A DNA stretch of 64,000 nt, taken from the NCBI GenBank assembly GCA_021613535.1, contig CP075492.1, positions 11,222,001 through 11,286,000 of the forward strand. Reading direction: 5' to 3'. Origin of the DNA: Adineta vaga (taxonomy: Eukaryota > Animalia > Rotifera). Position numbers and translations under genes: made by a program. Below, in pieces: positions 54,866 through 64,000 of the stretch (positions within the stretch are counted from its first letter, which is position 1; each line of letters opens with the position of its first letter). Under the pieces are notes generated by a model. It saw only the letters and a program-made list of their open reading frames with translations. It was not told the origin of the DNA and did not search any database.

Positions 54866-57800
54866 TTATTTTCTTCCGGACGGTGGTCGTTGATTTCGTT
54901 GAATAGGTGGCGGGAGAGATTCACTTGAAGATATCGACATCGTTGTATCTTTGTAATAATCAGTTTCTTGAAGATATTGTTCAATATATGTCATCATTTG
55001 TTCATATGTAACACCTCCGTCACTATTTGGAATCGTTAAATCAACTAAAAAAACAATAAAGAATCATTCAAAGAAGAATCATACAAAATGATTAGAATAG
55101 TTCGTTTACCAGCTTTGAGATTCAATGAACTAGTTGATGCTGAACGAGAAGAATTTGTTAATGACTGCATACCAATACCATGTCTTCCAACTCCACTATC
55201 GAATTCAATGCAATCACTTAAATGATTCAATAATTTTGATAATTCGCTTTTTAAATTCTGAGCTGAACCTTTGGAAAAGAGATATGTTCGATAACGATCA
55301 ATTAAACGACGATATTTATTATCGGTTGAATTCGGTGGAATCTAAACAAAGAGAAATAAGATATCATTTGATCAAATAAATTGAAGAAAATAAACATACA
55401 AATGAAATATAAACAAGTTTATGAACAATTTCAAGTAATTGACTAACAGGATCAGTTGGTCGAAGTCGTTTTTGTGAGATACTTATTGATCCAGTTGCTG
55501 ATTGGACGAGAACGATTAAATGGACTTTGTCTACAACAGATAATAATAGAATAATGAATTCAATATTTATAACATACTTTCGTTCCATATTTGAAGAAAT
55601 ATGTGTTTGTTGTACGAGATTATTACTATCATAACCACTTTCGAATGAAATATTTGATGATTCAGGTGATCGAGCTTGATAAATTGAAGCTTAAAAAGTA
55701 ATGTCGTATTTGAATAAATTATTTTCTCTTGCTTTTTATGCATACTTTCAATTGAATTCAAAGATTGTTCTGAAGAAACACGAGGTATTGGTCGTCGACC
55801 ATTTGTTGGTCGTGTTGAACTACTTGGAGGTTGTGGTGTATTACTAAAAACAGATTCTTTTGATGTAATCTCTGGTGTATCACAATCAGAAACTAGGAAA
55901 AGAAAATCAACAATTAAAATATTCTTCTTGTTTGTTTTATTTACCTGCAGTAAATGTATCTGGCTTGAGTGTATCTTGTTGTCCATCTGTTCCATCAAAA
56001 CTGACATCAGGTATACCTCCACTATTACTAACTAATGATTCTTTTGTACTTGAACAACTTAAACATCGTTGATGATAATTAGATTGTTGTTGTAATTGAG
56101 ATTGTTGTTTAATTAAATCAAGTTCACGTTGATTATCTTGTTGTCTCATACGTTTTTCTAATGTTTGAATTGTTGTACATGAACGATCGGTATACAACAT
56201 CAATTGATCTGTACACAATTGTGCTACACAACATATATCCGGTCGACGTATGGGATCGATACATAAGCATTCGACAATGATTTGTCGTATACGATCTGAA
56301 TAATGTTTCAATGGAGTTTGATCATAATCACTAGCACAGATTTTTCCAGCTAACTGAAGAATATTTGAAGTGTAAAATGGTGGAACTAATGTTGACATAT
56401 GATAAAGTACACAACCTAAACTCCAGATGTCTAAATATATATTAGATGTGGATGAAGAAAAAAAACGACTTTGTATAAGGAAAAGACATCAAACCTGCTT
56501 TTTCATTGTAGGGCATATGTTGAACAATTTCTGGACAGGCATAATATAATGTTCCAACGACAGACGTCATTTTACTACAATCATTATCACGTAATTTAGC
56601 TAAACCAAAATCAGCTAGAAAGAAAAACGTTTCGATGAAATGTCATTGTCTTCAATAGAAAAAATCAGTCAGTTCTACTTACTAATTTTAACTCGATATT
56701 CATCATCTAACATAATATTATTTGCTGTTAAATCTCGATGAACAATTCCTTTTTCTTTATGTAAGTATCTTAATGCTAAAATAAGTTGAATGAAAACTTT
56801 CCAGATATTTTCTTCAATCATTTTTCGATTTGTTTCTTTTAATAATGATAAGTAATCTTGTAAAGATGATCCAGCAATTAATTCCATTAGAATATATAAT
56901 TTATCATCTAAAAAAATGGCAAATATCGAAAATATTAGACTTAAAAACAAACTTATGGTGTAAATTTATTACTTTCTGCGAAGATTCGATAATAACTAAC
57001 GATATTTGGATGACGCAGTTCTTCGCGAATAATTTTCACTTCATTTATTTTTTGTCCTAAACTACGATCACTTTCTGGACGTAATGAACGATTATCAATC
57101 TAAAGAAAATATATAATCATGAAATAATCATCAACATATCAGTATACAAACTTCTTTCAGTGCACAAACTGTTGTTGTTCCACGTCGAATGACACGATAA
57201 ACGGATCCAAATGCTCCTGAACCAAGACATTCATATAATCCATAATCACGTATAAATCGAGTTGGTTCTTGTCGAGGATTTAATGATTGTAAACGTTCAA
57301 GTTTGACTTTTGTTAATTCATCAATATGAATTGTATTCCATGCATCTGTTATTGATTTATACGCATTTAAATCACGTTGAAAATTGCCAATACTTAAAAA
57401 TAATTCGAAAATCTGTGTCGGAAATAATCGTCGATATTGATCACGATTTTTATTTAATGAAAATAAATATCGTAATGTTCGAAAAACATTTCGCTAGAAA
57501 AAGTTCATGATGAAAAAACAAAAACATCTCGAAGAAAAACGAATTTACTTGAAGATGATTGAATTTTTCTAGTCTTTGAAAATCTTCATTTTCAGGAAAG
57601 AGAAGTACTGCTAAAATATAGATACCATTTCGTTCAATGATTGTTTGACCATTCGTATAATCATATGAAAGTTCAGCTAAACATGTACAACAAGCAGATT
57701 GCATATCGAATAATTGATCACGACGTGATATCGCCTTTCAAAACATTTCAAATAAAATCTTTTCAATACAAAAGCTAGACTTTACTTCTGCATCTTCTCG

Positions 57801-59356
57801 CATGGATTTTTTTGAATTTTGTCCAGGTAAATGTGGATTGATATTTACAGGTGGTAATGCAAAATCAAAACCTCGATTACTAGAACAAAAAATATAATTC
57901 ATAGATATTTTCAATCAAAACACAAACAAATGAATCCTCTACCCATTCTCAAGTAATGATAATAATAATGGAATTGCTCCTGTTATACGAATTCGTCTTC
58001 GATTATCTTCAGCTTCAGCACAATGAGTTAAACACCAAATTGTATGATCCAAAACTTTTACATTATTATGACTTAAATGACTGAAGAAAAAACATATCCA
58101 CTTAACTTTGAAATCTACGCTTCAATTGTCAAACTTACCTGGTAAATGCATCAAGAAAATCATTTGGTACACGTGGAATACATTCTCGTCCTTCAGGATG
58201 ACCTAAGAAATTGGCCATTAACTGTAATGCAAGTCTACACGATAAAAGTATGATGAATGAATTCGAAATATTTGATAAATAACCTACTGTTCTGTTTCAA
58301 GATCTTTATATAAAAGTATTTGTAATAAACTATCAATCGTATCGGATTTAACAATTTCTTTAACATATAAATCACTTTGAAAGAATAAATAAATCGAATT
58401 AATTATATTAAAATCAAAGTTTTAAAAAATAAATCCTTACGATTGATCTATCATATTCATCAACAATCTTAACATTTCTTTTAAAAGTGTCGAATCCTGA
58501 GTTGTATTTAATAAACGTGTTATTGATTCAATGATATCACTTAATATTACATATTCTCGTTCAGCATGATTTGGTGTATTCATAATCAATTTTAGAAGAA
58601 TATCTTGAAGAGATAGAAAGTATTTTAGTATCATGGTATCGAATGAAACTTACTTAACATATGTTCAAAGACTTTACGAGCTATATATGTTGCTTCATTA
58701 TTACTATCACAGAGATCTGTAGAATAATTACTCAGATATAAATCCATTTGCTATAGAAAAGAAAGAATTGCATTTTGAAGAAGATCTAGAGAAGTCATAC
58801 TGTTTTTAGACCAACGATTCCATTTTCCTGGACAAAAACTAGTTGATATTCAGCATCACGTAATAATATTCGTAAACAGTAAAAGATCGATAATGAACAT
58901 AGTTTGCTTGGTCTAAAGACAAAGTTAATTGTTTGAAATAAAATATTTTGAATACTTACGATATAAGTAATTTTTTCTTGATAATAAATCGTAAAATCTA
59001 AGTTAGATAAAAGAAAGAAGGGAATTTTCGTAAGATTATTTAAAAAATACTATGATTTACATTAAGAAATTGTTTATGATCTGAATGTATTGAAAACTTT
59101 GCTTTTGCACGGAATTTATTTCTAAAGAATAATTCAAGAGAACTTGTATTTTTTTAAGAATATAACTTACTGAAATTCTTCGAAAGCTTTCTCTTCCAAT
59201 CGTTCATTCTCTGTTTTATCACTTCGTTCTAAATCATTGAAGATTTTATTTAAAATACTTCGATCAGTTAAACTAGAACATTTCAAGAATAAGAATTAAT
59301 CATTTTCCTATCATTCAGTTTTACTCACCTCGTTTGGCTCGTTCATTACTAGCCAT
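54866..59356 (-). CDS. NEK10: NIMA-related kinase 10 (ARM repeats + kinase)
   Basis: Armadillo exons, ECLGSGAFGSVY, ALRYLHKEKGIVHRDLTANNIML, DFGLAK, SVVGTLLYACPEIVQ; C-terminal ISISQKRLRPTDPVSQLL...HKLVYIS and GVTYEQM motifs typical of NEK10. Confidence 0.93.
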
Positions 59357-59943
59357 AGATGAGAACTGAATATAAAATGTTCTACTTTGTTTGGTTATGG
59401 CAAACTAAAATGTAAGAAAGTGTGAATGTTTCATAAATGCCAAGAAAAAAATTTTGTCACATTAATTAAATGAATGTCAAAAACAAATGGAACATTTTTA
59501 TGATATTAAAAATTTATAAATCACTTTCATTTTGAAATATATCGAGTGATGTTGCTCTTTATTTCTTTTTTAGTTAGTTTTTCTTTTGGATAAAAATTTT
59601 TGTATTGAAATTCGAAAATCCAAAACAAAACAATTTACTTCAAGAAGATGAGAATTGTTTGGAATTTTAACAACACAATCAGGTGTTTTGTTTACACCTG
59701 TATTGTTTATCTTTATCGTCAACAGACGACATCTATCAGAAGAATTAATTCATAGAAAAACCTATTTAAATCTATGAAAAAACTTCTTTTTTCGATATTT
59801 ATTTGAATATTAATAAAAACTTGTTATTGATTTCATCGTAAATAATCCTAAAACTCGTCCATTACGCTCGTCCGTCGAAGTATTCTTTCTGTCAAAGTTA
59901 TTTGTTTGATTTCGTCCTTGGGATAAGTTGTTTTTTCATAGAA

Positions 59944-60345
59944 ATGGATCAAGAAAGTGCAATGATGATATTTTTATCTTATCAAAAATTACGAATGCCA
60001 ACATTTAGTAAGTCTAATCTATTATTTCTATTTTCATTATGATTGAATCTTCTAGGTGTAAGACAACGACGAACAGAAAATCCTTTACGTGAACGTTTAC
60101 TTGTTAGAAAATTTATTGTTCAATTGGAAACGTAGTAAATCTACTTAATTGAAATTATTTTTCATATTTTATTTTTGTTTTCATTCGAATAGTTATTTTC
60201 AACAGCAACAGCAATTATCAATGACTACGACGGACGGTGAACAAATGGATGTCGATCAGGTAAAATTTAAAGATAAGTTCTTATTCATAAGTTTGTTTTC
60301 TTCTTCTTCTTCTTCTAGGAAATGGATGATGAAGATGATGATTAA
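59944..60345 (+). CDS. ~77-aa four-exon microprotein, SERTA/IER-like helix with an acidic tail
   Basis: Exons 59944-60007, 60056-60131, 60193-60259, 60319-60345: MDQESAMMIFLSYQKLRMPTFSVRQRRTENPLRERLLVRKFIVQLETYFQQQQQLSMTTTDGEQMDVDQEMDDEDDD*. All junctions are GT-AG and in frame. Confidence 0.65.
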
Positions 60346-60822
60346 AATCTCTCTTCCTTACAGTATTTTTGTTTGGTAATCAACAAATCTCTGTGTTTTA
60401 GTTGTCTCTATAAAATAATTATGTCAGATTAATTATTCTTCTTAATATTATTTTTGCTTCTTCTCGTACTTGTCAGACTTGTCAACATTTATTGTCTTGT
60501 TCTCTTTTTGATATTACTAAATAAATTTATTCATTAGTTAATTTTTTTTTGAAATGAAAGATTAATTTTCTTCTTTTTGATCAAATTTCAAATCAATATG
60601 TAAAAAGGAAGAAAGAAAGAGAAAAAGTAAAAGTAAACGTCAAATGAATAGTAAGAAGGAGAACAAGCTTTTTCTTCCCTCTCGTCATTGATTTTGTTGT
60701 GACAACCATAAGTGATGAGAGTGATTGTTTAATTCATAACGACAAAAAAAAATGCTGTTTTCGTTTGAAGTTATTTGACGTGAAATTTGTTTAACTAGAC
60801 GATTAGAAATTTTATTTATTCA

Positions 60823-61999
60823 ATGGCAGCCATAGTTTCTCGTACTGTACCAACGACATCGATGCGTCGTTCACAATATCAATCTCAATCAACAAATGGT
60901 ACAATATCTTTAAATCGTAGTCTTTCAACCAATGAGTCCACAAATCCGAATGATGCCATTCCTATACCATCATTATCAGGTACCAATCCATTAGTGACAA
61001 TCATCTATTCAACAATATTATTAACAAACGGTATGTAACAATAATAGTAAAACTTTCGAAAGAAAAAGAGATGTATGTATGCACTTGAGGCATCGTCGAC
61101 CACGAAATTTATTTCGAACAAATGACATTGAAGCATGTTTTACTTGAAGACAATTAAGAAACAATAGAAAAAGAAAATAGAGAGCAACTTTGTTAAATAT
61201 GTCTGAAGAGTGAAATCGAAAATCTTCAGTTTTTTTGTTAAAACAGAAGTAGAACTAAAACATGGAAACAGCGAAACGTACTTCACTAAGTTCGAATGCG
61301 ACGTTGAAAGTACCGGAAATAAAAAAGACTGTAGTCATAGGAAATTGTACATTTATACGATTTATCCACGGTGGTAATTGACTTTCGAAACATTGATTAC
61401 ATATTTTATTCTACATTTAGAAAATCAACAAGTACTTGTCAACAGTTATGCTTCTTGTCGCCGGTTATTGGATCATATGAAATCAGTGATCGGTTCTCAA
61501 CCAGATGGTACGGAAAAGAAAACTTGAGTGTTTTTCGGATTGCATTTGTTCTTGTAGAAATGATTGATTTGATGGATAATGATGGCAAATTGAAAGAATT
61601 AAATGCACATCATAATGAATATGCAGTACAATATCTTCCAGCAAGAAATAATTATTATGCATTGAAAGTTGAAAGTAAAAAAGCAAATAGATTTGGCTTC
61701 TGAATTAAAGAATTGATTGAATCTTCTAGTTGATAGTACAACAGGTGACAAACGTTATACGCCAAGTTTTAATATCGATCAAATTGATCAAAAAATTTGT
61801 ACAATACTAACAAGTAAAGTTTTGTCAAAAGATCTGTGAAAAGATTACTTGGATTTGTTTTGTAGATTCATTGAATTCATTAAATAAATCTTCGACAAAA
61901 ATCAAACGTTCAACTGGACCAACGAAACAAAATGCAACAGGTGCGTCATCATCTAATACATCCCAATCGAAATCAAAACGATCGACAAGTCGAAAATAA
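60823..61999 (+). CDS. C22orf15/CXorf65-like protein
   Basis: Spliced VTIIYS...ENQQVLVNSYASCRRLLDHMK...MIDLMDNDGKLKEL...EYAVQYLPARNNYYALKVE...KRYTP with a basic tail; matches the recalled family pattern. Confidence 0.7.
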
Positions 62000-62635
62000 G
62001 AAGTCTTCTTCTTCCTCTTTCTTAACATATTTATTCAAAATTCTATTTTCTTTTTTCTTCTTTTACATTTTTCAAATGCATGAATAACTCTGGTGAACTT
62101 CTATTACGTGTTAGAATATCGATGAAAGTATGCAAGAGTAATGTAAATATTCTTCTTCGTAAATCTCAAGATGACATCACCATTGATCTACATCGTTTAT
62201 CCTCTTTCCGCAAAGACATTGTTGTTGTTTTTTTTTCTAAAATGGGATTCTATCACTATATAGATAAAAAAAACTATCGTCTAACATACGAAACTATCAT
62301 GAGAAAAGAATGGCGCAGTAGACGAATATTTGATTTAGATAATTTTTATCAGTAAAATATTTCACGTCATGAACCGAGAGAAAATTCAATATTGACTGTA
62401 TTATAATTACAATAAAGTACTAGATTTATTGTGTCATATATATGTACCCTTGATGATGAATAGTAGTATATCATAAATCGAATTTTATTAAAAAACTATA
62501 CAATAGTTTGCAGACAAGTATATAAATAAAATAAATAACAAAAATATTTTCATAGTGAACTTCGCTTAGCAAAGATTATTAGACTAAATCCATCTCTTGA
62601 CATTAATCATATCTGTATGGATCATTAATATCCAT

Positions 62636-63886
62636 TTAGCAACTAAAAATCTGTACTAATTTCATCATTTTCTCTCGAAGTTCACTAAAAGATATGCGAC
62701 GAATAGGTTCATAGATCCAACATTGTTGAAGTACACAATAAAGATCAAAATCACAACAAATCGGTTGTGGATGAATTTGACGATCGATGGCAACATATCG
62801 TGACACATCTTCCTCTTTAGCTATATCAGGATAAGGTACACAAGGTCTTTCAATCATTAATTGAATTAATAGAAGACCAAATGCCCAAACATCACTTTTC
62901 GATGAAAAACATCCGTAGTCTTGATCTGACAAATGGATTGTTGAAGATCCCTGTCGTTTGATAACACATTCAGGCGCAAGAAAACGAGGTTGAAACTTCC
63001 ATCGACCTTCTTTTGTAAATAATGATGTCAGATGATTTTGTCCTTCAATTTTTTGTATTGCATGTCCAAAATCTGCAATACGTATGAATCCATAGGAATC
63101 GATGAGAACATTACTAGCTGTCAAATCCCGATGAACAATATGTTTCTTCTCAAGATACATCATTGCATTAGCTATTTGAAAACCAATATTAGCAATACGA
63201 CGCATTCGAGATCTGACTGTTCGACCAATGATTGGACAAAGTGAAATTAAAGAATTTCCACTATCTGCTAATACTAAATAATCGTAATCTTTGTTCGAAT
63301 AATGACCATAGAGAGTTGTAATAGAAAAAAAACAAAGTTCTTTTAATATAGTTAACTCATTAATAAAATGATCATTCTTTCTTTTGACACGTTTGATAAA
63401 AATATTAATATTTTCTTGTCGTGATTTTTTCCAAATTGCTCGCGATACACCGGCATTGTGTTTTCCACCAAAATGACCTTCAACAAAATCAACACCATAG
63501 AATTCTTTTGGATTTAAAATCCAACTTCGATCATCTTTTTGAAGAATTAATTCATTCGTTAATTTTGTTACTGTTTCTTTGCTCTTTTCTTGACATTTGT
63601 ATTGTTTCAATAGTTTACTATAATTTTTTGAATCAGTCGAATCTTTATAGGATAAACGATAATTCATTACGGAACATTTATATATTGTTTCATTAACACG
63701 TACTGATAAAACAATATATGAATCTTTTGATAAGTCTGCTGTTGATAATTTATTTACTTGTATCGATGAAATAATTTCATCATTAGAAGTTTGATGACGC
63801 AGAAGATATGTTCCATATGGTTGAGAGACTAATGCTTGTACCACATACGTCGGAGAAACGCTTTGGATTGTTGGTCTACTCGGCAT
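62636..63886 (-). CDS. Intronless SH2-like + tyrosine-kinase-fold protein
   Basis: Degenerate SH2 (QPYGTYLLR, YIVLSVR, VMNYRL). Kinase motifs IFIK, QIANAMMYLE, HRDLTASNVLI, DFG, RFLAPE, SKSDVWAFG, CW...P.RRISF. Confidence 0.8.
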   Translation of the reverse strand: MPSRPTIQSVSPTYVVQALVSQPYGTYLLRHQTSNDEIISSIQVNKLSTADLSKDSYIVLSVRVNETIYKCSVMNYRLSYKDSTDSKNYSKLLKQYKCQEKSKETVTKLTNELILQKDDRSWILNPKEFYGVDFVEGHFGGKHNAGVSRAIWKKSRQENINIFIKRVKRKNDHFINELTILKELCFFSITTLYGHYSNKDYDYLVLADSGNSLISLCPIIGRTVRSRMRRIANIGFQIANAMMYLEKKHIVHRDLTASNVLIDSYGFIRIADFGHAIQKIEGQNHLTSLFTKEGRWKFQPRFLAPECVIKRQGSSTIHLSDQDYGCFSSKSDVWAFGLLLIQLMIERPCVPYPDIAKEEDVSRYVAIDRQIHPQPICCDFDLYCVLQQCWIYEPIRRISFSELREKMMKLVQIFSC

Positions 63887-64000
63887 GTATATAGTAATAA
63901 TAATATCTAAAATAAAATGATTGTAAATAAACACCGATTTTTTATATAAGACAAAATTTTTCGCCGATAAAGTTTCCTCTGTTAGAAGAAAGATTTTGTC

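Overview
AT-rich, gene-dense animal genomic DNA with many short (~50-70 nt) GT-AG introns, (AT)n/(GA)n microsatellites and frequent TCGA. The gene content (innexin, GW-amide neuropeptide, Shab and Shaw channels, MACIT-type collagen) indicates a protostome invertebrate. The style resembles a bdelloid rotifer, but that is inference. By manual splicing I reconstruct about 25 protein-coding genes and 2 tRNAs: the 3' end of an unknown low-complexity gene, kinesin light chain, two tail-to-tail neuropeptide precursors, tRNA-Ala, delta-COP, a BTB-BACK-Kelch protein, SLMAP, innexin, Kv2/Shab, GINS2, a DELE1-like SEL1 protein, tRNA-Gln, a MEIOC homolog, an intronless YrhK-repeat membrane protein, a small single-pass protein with a cadherin-like tail, Kv3/Shaw, an uncharacterised gene, BAG1-like, an ankyrin protein with a homopolymer frameshift, a transmembrane collagen, TMEM163, a CD225/dispanin protein, NEK10, a SERTA/IER-like microprotein, a C22orf15/CXorf65-like gene and an intronless SH2-kinase. 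No CRISPR array, rRNA or convincing mobile element was seen. Highlights: the convergent neuropeptide pair (the KGVGW-amide only appears after splicing), an intact meiotic-entry gene MEIOC, an HGT candidate, an array of alternative Shaw C-termini, and a possible Kelch-SLMAP operon. Family calls come from recalled motifs, not database searches.
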